64,000 nucleotides of DNA from Akkermansiaceae bacterium (lineage in GTDB: Bacteria; Verrucomicrobiota; Verrucomicrobiia; Verrucomicrobiales; Akkermansiaceae). Of this stretch, positions 20,656-30,535 are shown one piece after another. Position 1 is the first letter of the stretch. Each line of letters opens with the position of its first letter. The stretch spans positions 44,337-108,336 of the forward strand of contig JARWZU010000061.1 in the NCBI GenBank assembly GCA_029866215.1, read 5' to 3'. Both the position numbers and the translations under genes were made by a program. Under the pieces are notes generated by a model. It was given only the letters and a program-made list of their open reading frames with translations, was not told the origin of the DNA and did no database searches.

Positions 20656-22149
20656 TTAAAATGTAGCCTTAAGCTTTGCGTAATCTAGCAGGCCTTGCTT
20701 GCCGCCCTCTCTTCCGAATCCTGATTCCTTGTAACCACCGAATGGTGATGATGGGTCGAACTTGTTATAGGAATTCGCCCAAACAACGCCCGCCTTGAGT
20801 TCGTTAGACATTTTTAAAATGAGCGATCCCTTATCCGTCCAAACCCCAGCACTCAACCCGTAGTGCGTGTTGTTTGCCTTTTCGATCGCCTCCTCTGGAG
20901 TTCGGAAGGTGAGAATTGAAAGCACTGGACCAAAAATTTCATCGCGGGCGATGCGATGGCTTTGCGAAACCTTGGAAAACAAGGTCGGTGGGAAATAAAA
21001 CCCTTTGTGCGGTAGCTCGCAGACAGGCTGATAGAGTTCAGCGCCCTCAGCCACACCGCTTGCGACCAGTTCATGGATCCGGTCGAGCTGTGCTCGTGAA
21101 TTGATCGCGCCGACGTCAGTGTTCTTGTCGAGGGGGTCGCCGGTACGCAACGACTTCATCCGGATTTTCAGCTTGGAGAGTACCTGATTGGCAATGGATT
21201 CCTGAACGAGTAGGCGCGATCCCGCGCAGCAAACATGCCCTTGATTGAAGAAAATCCCGTTGATGATTCCTTCGACCGCTTGATCGATGGGTGCATCTTC
21301 GAAGACAATGTTTGCAGCTTTTCCACCTAGCTCGAGCGTCAAGCGTTTACCGGTTCCTGCAAGTGCACGCTGGATCGATTTTCCCACTGCCGTGGATCCC
21401 GTGAAGGCAATTTTCGCGGCGAGTGGGTGATTGACCACGGCTGCTCCGGTGTCTCCCGCGCCAGTGACGATGTTGATCACTCCGGGCGGCAATCCGGCAT
21501 CCTGAAGGATCGACGCAAACTTGAGGGCAGTGATCGAGGTAGTTTCCGCAGGCTTAATTACTACGGTGTTTCCCGTAGCAAGCGCGGGCGCAAGCTTCCA
21601 TGCAAGCATGAGCAGCGGAAAATTCCACGGGATCACCTGCCCCACTACCCCCAACGGCTCAAGCACTCGACCGGGCGTCACGTAGTTCAGTTTATCTGCC
21701 CATCCTGCATGATAGAAGAAATGTGCTGCCGCCATCGGCAGATCGAAGTCGCGTGACTCCTTGATCGGCTTGCCACCATCGAGGGTCTCGGCCACCGCGA
21801 ACTCGCGCGCACGATCTTGCAGGAGTCTTGCAATGCGAAAGAGATACTTCGCCCGCTCGGAGCCGGGCAGCTTGCTCCACGCAGGGAATGCCTTGGCCGC
21901 AGCTTGATAGGCAGCATCGACATCCGCCGCACCTGCGAGCGCGATTTCCGAAAGCTTTTCTTCATTGCGCGGGCTGATCGAATAGAAGGTTTTCCGAGTC
22001 TTTGGTGCTACCCATTTTCCACCGATGAACAATCCGTAGCTCGCATCAATGAATGCCGGGGAAGATTCAGGGGCAGCGTCATATTCCCACAGATTGCCGA
22101 AAAGCAATTCACGGGCAACAGGACGGGCGGTGCGTTTGGGAGAATGCAT
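20656..22149 (-). CDS. Aldehyde dehydrogenase (acetaldehyde, deoC-linked)
   Basis: IPWNFP, KPAETT, FTGST, LELGGK, FFNQGHVCCAG, EIFGPV. Confidence 0.93.
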   Translation of the reverse strand: MHSPKRTARPVARELLFGNLWEYDAAPESSPAFIDASYGLFIGGKWVAPKTRKTFYSISPRNEEKLSEIALAGAADVDAAYQAAAKAFPAWSKLPGSERAKYLFRIARLLQDRAREFAVAETLDGGKPIKESRDFDLPMAAAHFFYHAGWADKLNYVTPGRVLEPLGVVGQVIPWNFPLLMLAWKLAPALATGNTVVIKPAETTSITALKFASILQDAGLPPGVINIVTGAGDTGAAVVNHPLAAKIAFTGSTAVGKSIQRALAGTGKRLTLELGGKAANIVFEDAPIDQAVEGIINGIFFNQGHVCCAGSRLLVQESIANQVLSKLKIRMKSLRTGDPLDKNTDVGAINSRAQLDRIHELVASGVAEGAELYQPVCELPHKGFYFPPTLFSKVSQSHRIARDEIFGPVLSILTFRTPEEAIEKANNTHYGLSAGVWTDKGSLILKMSNELKAGVVWANSYNKFDPSSPFGGYKESGFGREGGKQGLLDYAKLKATF

Positions 22150-22175
22150 GAGTCTGTTAAATCATTGATCGCAGG

Positions 22176-23105
22176 CTAATAGGCAGTGGTAGATTCACTG
22201 AACGTGTAGGGTGCCTGATAGACCCCCGTCTTCTCTTTTACCATTTGTCGAACAAGGTCATTGAGAAGGGCAGACGCGCCGAAGCGGTAGCGGTCTTGGT
22301 TCAACCATGCATCACCCAGGGTTTCCTTCACCGCCACTAGAAAATGAAGCGCCTCTTTTGCGGTGCGAATTCCCCCTGCGGGTTTCATGGCAATCTCAAC
22401 ACCGGTGGCTAGGAAATGATCGCGAATGGCCTCGAGCATGACTTGGTTGTTGCCGAGCGTCGCGTTAGCCGATGTCTTGCCGGTCGAAGTCTTAATGAAA
22501 TCACCCGGGCGCAGGACGCGCATCGCGAGAAACGACGCCGCTCGGATGTTGTCGTAAGTTTCCAGCTCGCTGGTTTCTAAGATCACCTTGAGGGTAGCCT
22601 CACCACAGGCTTCAAGGACGGCGGAGATTTCATCCTGCACCCGAGCAAGCTCCCCCGCGAGGAACGCCCCGCGGTTGATCACCATGTCGATTTCATCCGC
22701 ACCGTCTGACACCGCCGCACGCACCTCGGCGAGCCGGATTTTCAGCGATGACTGACCTGAGGGAAAAGCAGTTGCGACCGACGCGATTTTGACGGATGTA
22801 CCCTTCAACAGTTTAGCTGCGTGTTTCACCATCGCGGGGTAAACACAAACCGCCGCGGTCGGAGGAATATCGGAGTCGTCGTGCGGCCTCAGAGCTTTCT
22901 GGCACAGAGATGCCACCTTGCCAGGGGTGTCCTTGCCCTCGAGCGTGGTTAAGTCGACCATCGTGGTCGCCAGCTTCAGACCAAAAACCTTGGCATGCTT
23001 CTTGATGCTACGGGTCGCATATTTTGCCACACGCTCATCAATGCCGACCTGGTCGACACCGCCAATTTCCTCAATGAGGCTCCTTAATCCTAGGGAATTC
23101 CGCAT
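22176..23105 (-). CDS. deoC: Deoxyribose-phosphate aldolase (long type)
   Basis: VDLTTLEG, AVCVYP, ATAFPSG, GADEIDMV, LKVILET, FIKTSTGK, KPAGGIR; ATG 23105 inferred. Confidence 0.93.
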   Translation of the reverse strand: MRNSLGLRSLIEEIGGVDQVGIDERVAKYATRSIKKHAKVFGLKLATTMVDLTTLEGKDTPGKVASLCQKALRPHDDSDIPPTAAVCVYPAMVKHAAKLLKGTSVKIASVATAFPSGQSSLKIRLAEVRAAVSDGADEIDMVINRGAFLAGELARVQDEISAVLEACGEATLKVILETSELETYDNIRAASFLAMRVLRPGDFIKTSTGKTSANATLGNNQVMLEAIRDHFLATGVEIAMKPAGGIRTAKEALHFLVAVKETLGDAWLNQDRYRFGASALLNDLVRQMVKEKTGVYQAPYTFSESTTAY

Positions 23106-23235
23106 GGCCACCAAACGGAAGCTCTCGGGAAACTCTCCATCTGCCAAGTTTCAAGTTCGACAAAGGATGAAATTCCCTTGGAAAATTCGCGATTAGCTCC
23201 TATAAACTCGTGCCGTATCTACCCCAACGACCACC

Positions 23236-23655
23236 ATGTTCAAAGAATTCAAGGAATTTGCCCTCAAGGGCAACCTCATCGACATGGCCGTGGCCTTCGT
23301 CATGGGAGCTGCATTTACGAAACTTTCCACCGCCTTCATCGAGGATCTCATCATGCCTTTGATCGGGCGAGTCTCCGGCGGCATCGACTACTCGAATAGG
23401 TTCGTCGCGCTGTCCAGCTCGGTTACTGCGACCAGCCTAGTTGACGCAAAAAAACAAGGGGCGGTGCTCGCTTATGGAAATTTCATCACCATCGGCATCA
23501 ATTTCATAATCGTTGCCTTTGTGATGTTCCTCGTGGTCAAGGGCATCAATAATGCCAAACGCCTTACCGCCAAAATAGCCGAGGAGAAGCTCCCTGAAAC
23601 GAGCACCGAGGAAAAACTCCTCACGGAGATCCGTGACCTGCTCAAAAATCGTTGA
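23236..23655 (+). CDS. mscL: Large-conductance mechanosensitive channel
   Basis: FKEFKEFALKGNLIDMAVAFVMG...YGNFI...LLTEIRDLLK. Confidence 0.96.
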   Translation: MFKEFKEFALKGNLIDMAVAFVMGAAFTKLSTAFIEDLIMPLIGRVSGGIDYSNRFVALSSSVTATSLVDAKKQGAVLAYGNFITIGINFIIVAFVMFLVVKGINNAKRLTAKIAEEKLPETSTEEKLLTEIRDLLKNR

Positions 23656-23758
23656 ACCCACCGTCACTTATTCCCGAACGCCCAACTTTTCACCTCGCCA
23701 GCAGGAGGGATCCGAACTAAAATCCTGACAGAAAATAGGAGCCTGCCAAAATAAAAGT

Positions 23759-23774
23759 TGGCACGAAAATTGCT
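23759..23774 (+). promoter_or_regulatory. Sigma54 (-24/-12) promoter of glnB
   Basis: TGGCAC-gaaaa-TTGCT matches the RpoN consensus exactly, 40 bp before the glnB ATG. Confidence 0.8.
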
Positions 23775-23796
23775 TACTTTTTCCTGCCTATTCTAA

Positions 23797-24162
<366 letters not shown>

Positions 24163-24187
24163 TCGGCTTTATCCGCATTTACCATTC

Positions 24188-24222
24188 AACCAATGGCTCT
24201 CTCACGGGGCCATTGGTTTTTT
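24188..24222 (+). terminator. Intrinsic terminator after glnB
   Basis: aaccaatggctc-tctcacg-gggccattggtt followed by a T run. Confidence 0.7.
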
Positions 24223-24280
24223 ATGTCATAAAAAACGGCAAATTTCATCACGGCACACCCAGCCGAAGAATGGACCATGA

Positions 24281-25267
24281 TCAAACGGTTCGCGCAGCAA
24301 GACGCACCGCAACTTCATCGCCAACGCTTAAACTCAGTTCGTCCAGTTGCTTGCGGGAAAGTTCAACATCGATGAATTGGCCATCTCCAAGTTTGACGGT
24401 GAGCGTCGCAATCGGCCCCGCAGAAAAAAGGTGGTGCACCCGAGCCAACACATCAGTCGCAGGATCGCACTCCGCAGCAAATAGTACGTCAATTTCATGA
24501 GGCCTCAGGTAGCGCACGTTTTTGCCCTCATGAAGTTTGTTCACGTTTCCCAGAAACTCATATACAAACGGACTTCTCGGTTGGTCGTACACACTCTGTG
24601 GCTTGCCAACTTGCTCAATACGCGCGTTGCGCATCACCACCACTTGGTCGGAAAGCTCAAGCGCTTCTTCTTGGTCATGAGTAACGAACAATGTCGTTAG
24701 CCCGATTTCATCATGAAATTGGCGAAGCCAGCGACGAAGGTCTTTGCGGACTTGGGCGTCGAGCGCTCCGAATGGCTCGTCTAACAGAAGAACCTTGGGC
24801 CGAATGGCAAGAGCGCGGGCAAGAGCAACACGCTGGCGTTGACCACCCGAAAGTTCGTGAGGACGCCGACCTTCAAGTCCCTCAAGGCGCACAAGTTTCA
24901 GAAGCTCCATCACACGGTCGCGGATCTCAGATTTTTTGGGGCGTTGGGCGGAGGGAAGTACCCTCAGACCAAAAGCAATATTTTGGGCAACCGACATGTG
25001 CTGGAACAGAGCATAATGCTGGAAAACAAAGCCGACACCGCGCTTCCTCGCTGAAACCTCACTCACATCTTCCCCATGAAACGCGATGCGGCCAGGACCA
25101 GGATCAGGGAAATCAAGACCGGCAACGATGCGTAACAGTGTCGTCTTGCCCGAACCAGAAGGGCCCAGCAAGGCAGTAAGCGAGCCATTCGGAACTTCTA
25201 ATGATATCTTATCTAAAGCCGTGTAAGCGCCGAAATTTTTACTAATGGAATGAATCGAAATCGACAT
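24281..25267 (-). CDS. cysA: Sulfate/thiosulfate ABC transporter ATPase
   Basis: [38 protein letters not shown]; C-terminal TOBE domain. Confidence 0.95.
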   Translation of the reverse strand: MSISIHSISKNFGAYTALDKISLEVPNGSLTALLGPSGSGKTTLLRIVAGLDFPDPGPGRIAFHGEDVSEVSARKRGVGFVFQHYALFQHMSVAQNIAFGLRVLPSAQRPKKSEIRDRVMELLKLVRLEGLEGRRPHELSGGQRQRVALARALAIRPKVLLLDEPFGALDAQVRKDLRRWLRQFHDEIGLTTLFVTHDQEEALELSDQVVVMRNARIEQVGKPQSVYDQPRSPFVYEFLGNVNKLHEGKNVRYLRPHEIDVLFAAECDPATDVLARVHHLFSAGPIATLTVKLGDGQFIDVELSRKQLDELSLSVGDEVAVRLAARTV

Positions 25268-25276
25268 GGGAAGAGT

Positions 25277-26116
25277 TTATTGATGATTAGAAGATTGATG
25301 ACCCGTCAGATGCTCCACGGCGGACTTAATGCCGAGCGTCACGAGTGCGAGAAAGGCAAGCAAGGTGGCGCAGGCGAAGGCCGCGCTAAATTGGTATTCG
25401 TTGTATAGGACCTCCACATGGAGAGGCAGCGTGTTTGTCTCGCCACGGATATGACCAGAAACGACGGAAACCGCGCCGAACTCGCCCATCGCGCGGGCAT
25501 TGCAAAGCAAAACCCCATAAAGCAGTCCCCACTTGATGTTAGGAAGTGTCACGCGAAAAAACACCTGCCACCCTCTTGCGCCCAGAATAATCGCGGCTTC
25601 TTCCTGATCACTACCCTGCGTCTCCATCAGCGGAATCAGCTCACGCGCGACAAAAGGAAAAGTGACAAACATGGTGGCAATGACAATGCCAGGGAGCGCG
25701 AAGATAATTCGAATGTCATGTTGTTCTAGCCAAGGCCCCAACCACCCTTTCGCGCCAAAGAGTAAAACCCACACTAAACCGGCAATCACCGGTGATACCG
25801 CAAAAGGCAGGTCGATGAGAGCCAGCAAAAACGATCGGCCGCGAAACCGGAATTTCGTAATCAACCACGCAGCAGAAACACCGAAAAGTGTATTGAGCGG
25901 AACAGAAATCCCTGCGGCAATGAGCGTAAGCTTAATCGCAGAAAGCGCAGCTTCCTCGTGGAGCGAAGCTAGAAAGATTTCCCATCCTTTACGAAATGCC
26001 TCCGCAAAAACTGCCGCCAACGGCAGAAGCAAAAAGACAGAAATTATGAAGACGGCCACCCCAATCAAGAGACGGCGGACCCACGGGGATTCGGTAGTGG
26101 CAGAGCGGTGTCTCAT
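25277..26116 (-). CDS. cysW: Sulfate ABC transporter permease
   Basis: [38 protein letters not shown]. Confidence 0.95.
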   Translation of the reverse strand: MRHRSATTESPWVRRLLIGVAVFIISVFLLLPLAAVFAEAFRKGWEIFLASLHEEAALSAIKLTLIAAGISVPLNTLFGVSAAWLITKFRFRGRSFLLALIDLPFAVSPVIAGLVWVLLFGAKGWLGPWLEQHDIRIIFALPGIVIATMFVTFPFVARELIPLMETQGSDQEEAAIILGARGWQVFFRVTLPNIKWGLLYGVLLCNARAMGEFGAVSVVSGHIRGETNTLPLHVEVLYNEYQFSAAFACATLLAFLALVTLGIKSAVEHLTGHQSSNHQ

Positions 26117-26122
26117 GAAAAT

Positions 26123-26941
26123 TCAGCGGTTTTGCCAGTTCAGGCGGCGTTGAAGAATATTGATTAGAAAAAGTAAAATGAAAGAAACGATGAGCATTCC
26201 CGCCGCGATGACCGCAGCAGCTTCGTATTGAAATTGTTCTAACTTCGAGACGACAAGCAGCGGCAGAATCTCAGTCTGCATCGGCAAATTACCCGAGATA
26301 AAGATCACTGAACCGTACTCTCCAATCGCACGTGCAAATGCAAGGGTGAAACCCGTGATCAGGGCTGGGACAAACATCGGAAAAATCACCCGCCAGAAAA
26401 TGATCCATCGACCCGCTCCAAGGGTGGCGGCGGCCTCTTCATACTCGACACTGAAGTCCTCCATCACCGGCTGCAATGTACGAACGACAAAGGGAAAGCC
26501 GATGAATGTAAGCGCTATGAATACGCCAAGTGGATTGTAGGCAGCCTGAATTCCCCATGTCTCGAGGTATTGACCTATCCAGCCGTTAGGGGCATAAATC
26601 GCTGTCAAAGTGATACCTGCCACTGCCGTAGGTAGGGCGAATGGCAAATCCACCATCGCGTCCAATAATCTTCGACCTGGAAAACGATAGCGGACGAGAA
26701 CCCACGTGACTAACAACCCAAAAATCGTGCTTACCACGGCCGCTGCAGCACTGGCGCCGAAGGTCAGCTTGGCCGCCGCGATCAAACGCGGCGAAGTGAG
26801 AATCTCCCACCACTCTGAAGGGCCAAGCCTTGCGGCCTTAAGAAATAACGCCGCAAGGGGAATCAAAATGATCAGGCTGAGATAGGTAATGGTGAATCCC
26901 ATCGACAAACTGAATCCGGGAATGACGCGACGTTGCTGCAT
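26123..26941 (-). CDS. cysT: Sulfate ABC transporter permease
   Basis: [37 protein letters not shown]. Confidence 0.95.
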   Translation of the reverse strand: MQQRRVIPGFSLSMGFTITYLSLIILIPLAALFLKAARLGPSEWWEILTSPRLIAAAKLTFGASAAAAVVSTIFGLLVTWVLVRYRFPGRRLLDAMVDLPFALPTAVAGITLTAIYAPNGWIGQYLETWGIQAAYNPLGVFIALTFIGFPFVVRTLQPVMEDFSVEYEEAAATLGAGRWIIFWRVIFPMFVPALITGFTLAFARAIGEYGSVIFISGNLPMQTEILPLLVVSKLEQFQYEAAAVIAAGMLIVSFILLFLINILQRRLNWQNR

Positions 26942-26972
26942 ATTTCAGAAGATTTACGAACCGAAGATGATC

Positions 26973-27962
26973 TTAACGCTTGGAATAGACCTGGTCGAAG
27001 GTTCCTCCGTCGTCAAAGTGGATCTTCTGCGCTTTGACCCAACCACCAAATTCCTGATCGATCGTCACAAGATTGATTTTCGGGAAATTCTGCGACCACT
27101 TGGCGAGAGCCGCAGCACTCCTAGGACGGTAGAAGTTTCTACCCGCGATGTCTTGGGCTTCCTCGCTATATAGGTATGCTAGATAGGCCTTTGCCAATTC
27201 TTCTGTGCCGTGCTTTTTCGCGTTCTTCTCAACGACCGCCACGGGAGGCTCTGCCAGAATACTGATTGAAGGGATAATGATCTGAGTCTTGCCGGGGAAC
27301 TCTTTTTCGATCAGGTGAGCCTCGTTTTCCCATGAAAGCAGCACATCTCCCAAGCCGCGCTGCGCAAAGGTAGTGGTCGACCCACGGGCTCCCGTATCAA
27401 GTACGGGTACATTTTGGTAGAGTGCACGGATGTATTCCTTCACCTTCGCCTGATCGCCACCGAACTTGCGTGCAGCATAAGCCCAAGCAGCGAGATAGTT
27501 CCATCTCGCTCCGCCAGATGTTTTCGGGTTGGGCGTGATCACCTTCGTACCCGACTGGATGAGGTCCCCCCAATCCTTGATACCCTTCGGATTCCCTTTT
27601 CGAACAACGAATACGATCGTCGAGGTGTAGGGTGAGCTGTTGTTGGGAAACTTCGCCTGCCAGTCTTTTGGTAGCAAGTTCGCCTGTTGGGCGATGCTAT
27701 CGATGTCGCCTGATAAAGCGAGTGTCACCACATCCGCACTAAGTCCATCGATGACGGACCGCGCTTGTTTCCCCGAGCCGCCGTGCGATTGCTTGACACG
27801 AAGTGACTTGCCAGTTTGCTGTTTCCATTGTTTGGCGAATGCTGAATTGAACTCCTGATAGAACTCTCGCGTAGGATCGTAAGAGGCGTTGAGCAACTCA
27901 TCTGCCAAGGCGCTAGTGACTAGCAGGGAAGAAATCAGAGCAAATAATTTTAATTTTTTCAT
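26973..27962 (-). CDS. sbp: Periplasmic sulfate-binding protein
   Basis: [39 protein letters not shown]; signal peptide. Confidence 0.95.
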   Translation of the reverse strand: MKKLKLFALISSLLVTSALADELLNASYDPTREFYQEFNSAFAKQWKQQTGKSLRVKQSHGGSGKQARSVIDGLSADVVTLALSGDIDSIAQQANLLPKDWQAKFPNNSSPYTSTIVFVVRKGNPKGIKDWGDLIQSGTKVITPNPKTSGGARWNYLAAWAYAARKFGGDQAKVKEYIRALYQNVPVLDTGARGSTTTFAQRGLGDVLLSWENEAHLIEKEFPGKTQIIIPSISILAEPPVAVVEKNAKKHGTEELAKAYLAYLYSEEAQDIAGRNFYRPRSAAALAKWSQNFPKINLVTIDQEFGGWVKAQKIHFDDGGTFDQVYSKR

Positions 27963-27994
27963 AAGTATTGTTTTTTGGATAATATTTTATTTTA

Positions 27995-29286
27995 CTAGAA
28001 TGAGAAACGAATGCCGGAAAGATATGTTACGCCGTCGTAGGAATCATCCTTGCTTTTTTGGAGACTGGCCCACTCGGCACCTGCGAGGATTTTGAGTTTA
28101 TCGCCGTTGATGAAGTACTGTACCCCACCATAGAGCGAATGGTAAGCATCGCCTAAAACGCTATTGGCTGCGACTTTTTTCTCGTAACGCGATTGCCCCA
28201 CCACCCCTCGTGAACCTTCACTCTCAGAATGAGAATAGCGACAACTACCAGTTGTAGCTTATCTGGAATAATGTCATATGTTGGCTGAATGAAAAAACCA
28301 TAGACATCACTGCCATCTGATTTTTTTGAACTGGAGCAATAGTCACCCCCCGTTGCGTAATAACCTTCAAAAACAACGGCGGCATATCCTTCCTTCAACC
28401 AAAAAGTTGAAGAGAGAATATCGTCATATTTATTGTTTACCAGATCACTTTTGAAGCGGGCACTGTGGAGCCAGTCAACTCGGAAGTCGGCTTTCTCGAG
28501 GTTGAGCAAATGCTTGAAGTCGTATCCCGCACCCAAAGTGAAGGAGTGGCCGTCCGTGAAATCGCCAAACTCGCCGCCGCCAAACTTGCCCGAGGCGACT
28601 TTGGTGACAGGATCGGCTGTAGTGGCTGGAGTGCTGTTGGTGTAAACCCCAGCGCGCCAAGAAATTTCATTCAGAGCCCCATCGGCTGTTAGTCCCGCCG
28701 CACGGTTAATGCCAAGCTGGTTGAAGATCTGCGAACGCTCGAAGGTGGGTTCCGAGATTGTGGGTTCCAGCCAGTCGTATTGACCGATCAGAGGCTTGGT
28801 CTTGCCCGCGGTGAAGCCTAGCCGCGACTTAGGTTTCCAGCGGAGGTAGGCATCGACGAGCCCATCGTAGAAATCATTAAACTGATCGTTACTTTGAAAA
28901 TCAAAACGAGCTTCGAACTTTTTGTCGTAAAGTTTGGCATCAAAACCAAATCGAGAACGGCGATCTTCCCAGTTGCTCTGAATTCCTTGATCCGCATCGG
29001 TGTTCCAGTATTGACCTTGATAGCGGCCACGGAGTTTGAATTCCTTTAAAATCGGATTCATGTCGTCCTTGTAGAGAGTGGCGTATGACCAAAGCTTTTC
29101 AAAAGCATTAGGCTCCACAAATTCTGTCGTTTCATCCTGCGCGCTGGCCAATGTCGGCAACGCGGCTAGCCAAGCCAATGCGGTAATACGCTGCAGGCGG
29201 TGGTTCAGGATGGTGGATTTGCGGGGTTTCACGGTTGGAGTCGGAATGCGGATTTCAGTTATTTGATGTCTTAGTGTTGTATTCAT
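27995..29286 (-). pseudogene. OprO/OprP-like anion porin, split by a frameshift at about 28241-28245
   Basis: ORF 28153..29286 ends in off-frame sequence after KLQLV; the other frame continues RYSHSESEGSRGVVGQSRYEK...SGIRFSF, matching the C-terminus of the paralog at 34797. Confidence 0.82.
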
Positions 29287-29402
29287 GGTTGTCTGCGTAG
29301 CGTCTGCATCCGGTGTTCCGGTGAGCTTTCGCAGTGGTTCATTCGTAGGGGCCCCCGTAGGTACGGTGGGAAAGTGAGGAAATCAGGAATTGTCGAAATA
29401 AA

Positions 29403-29510
29403 AAGAGACCGACTGGACTTGGGGAATGACGGTGCGAAATGACATCGTGTTAGAAACACTTTGGTCGATTCGCAACTGGTCGATTCCTCCGGTGGTCCGG
29501 TCGGTCTCTT
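29403..29510 (-). ncRNA. Candidate structured leader/attenuator between yezD and the porin
   Basis: 15/16-bp long-range stem (29403-29418 with 29495-29510) followed by a T run on the minus strand; encloses two GAATCGACCA repeats. Confidence 0.35.
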
Positions 29511-29555
29511 GAGAGCAATTTGCGGGTAGCGAGTACCCACATGGGATGGAGTTCG

Positions 29556-29756
29556 TTATTTCTGGCTTTGTACCCCATCGTCGCGAGTGGCAACGAAGCG
29601 GGTTTTCTCAATGCTTTCGATCTGGGTCACACGACCGTCATGAACGGTAATTTGAACCGAACCAAAGCGGAGGTTCGCCACATTCTGACGAACGACTTCC
29701 AGCCAGTCGGTCTTTTGACCGTCGGGCGTGGCGATTTCAGGGTTGGGCGGTTTCAT
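29556..29756 (-). CDS. YezD/DUF2292 family small protein
   Basis: DWLEVVRQNVANLRFGSVQITVHDGRVTQIESIEKTRF; family typically sits by sulfate genes; ATG overlaps the Rrf2 3' end. Confidence 0.85.
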   Translation of the reverse strand: MKPPNPEIATPDGQKTDWLEVVRQNVANLRFGSVQITVHDGRVTQIESIEKTRFVATRDDGVQSQK

Positions 29757-30327
29757 GGGGATCTTGAATGGGGTGGGTGAGTTGGGAGAGGCCAGCAAGA
29801 AATCCATCAGCAGGATCAGCCTTGCCAGCGGTTGCGGTTCCAATTGTGGCAGCAGACTCGAAGGTTGCAAAAGGTGGGACGATTCCGTCGCGGCGCATTT
29901 TACGCAGCGTAACATCAACCACTTGCGCGACTGTGTAGCGGTCAAGAATATTGGCGATCGCGTTGCGCACATCGATCATCACCATTCTCAAGCCGCAGTG
30001 TTCCTCGTCGGGACATGTGCAAGGCTGATACGCATTCTCGCTCGCGCAGCAGATCGGAGCGAGGCGACCATCCATCAAGCGGACAAGCTCACCGATTCCG
30101 ATCTGGGATGCAGGTTTTGCCAGAGAATAGCCTCCAAATTTGCCACGGTGGCTCTCCACCAAGCCGGCGTCCCGAAGTTCTTGAAGAATCCGCTCGACGA
30201 ATTTTAGGGGAAGCCGATTCGCCTCTGCGAGTTCCGCACCCGAAACGGCACGTCGCCCGACCTCGGTCGCAATCCCAAGATTGATCGTGGCGCGCAGTGC
30301 GTACTCAGCTTTTTTTGATAGGTGCAT
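29737..30327 (-). CDS. Rrf2 family (CymR/IscR-like) transcriptional regulator
   Basis: LSKKAEYALRA, KFVERILQELR, SHRGKFGGYSLAK, Cys cluster CCASENAYQPCTCPDEEHC. Confidence 0.92.
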   Translation of the reverse strand: MHLSKKAEYALRATINLGIATEVGRRAVSGAELAEANRLPLKFVERILQELRDAGLVESHRGKFGGYSLAKPASQIGIGELVRLMDGRLAPICCASENAYQPCTCPDEEHCGLRMVMIDVRNAIANILDRYTVAQVVDVTLRKMRRDGIVPPFATFESAATIGTATAGKADPADGFLAGLSQLTHPIQDPHETAQP

Positions 30328-30535
30328 TCGTTAATATGAACTAGTTAGCATGGGTTAATTCCACCTTGTCCGCGACAAAATAAGAAAATGTAACTTGCTG
30401 GGGAAAATTCCTCAAGCATTGAAAGAATAATGATTTACCGATTATAGACACGGTACCATCCCCCCAATCAGCCACATCAGCGATACTTGCTGACTTGTCG
30501 ACCACCGCGCATCATTCTTGTGCGCTATTCCCCGC

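Noticed and set aside
29403-29520. SAM-I/SAM-IV riboswitch
   Set aside because: Only TCAAGAG resembles the core; the GAGGGA..GCCC, GCAACC and GTGC..AAT elements are absent. Kept only as an unknown structure
29283-29540. 85-aa ORF in the sulfate-operon spacer, and the long extension of ORF 29556..29972
   Set aside because: No recognisable features; the extension overlaps the Rrf2 gene
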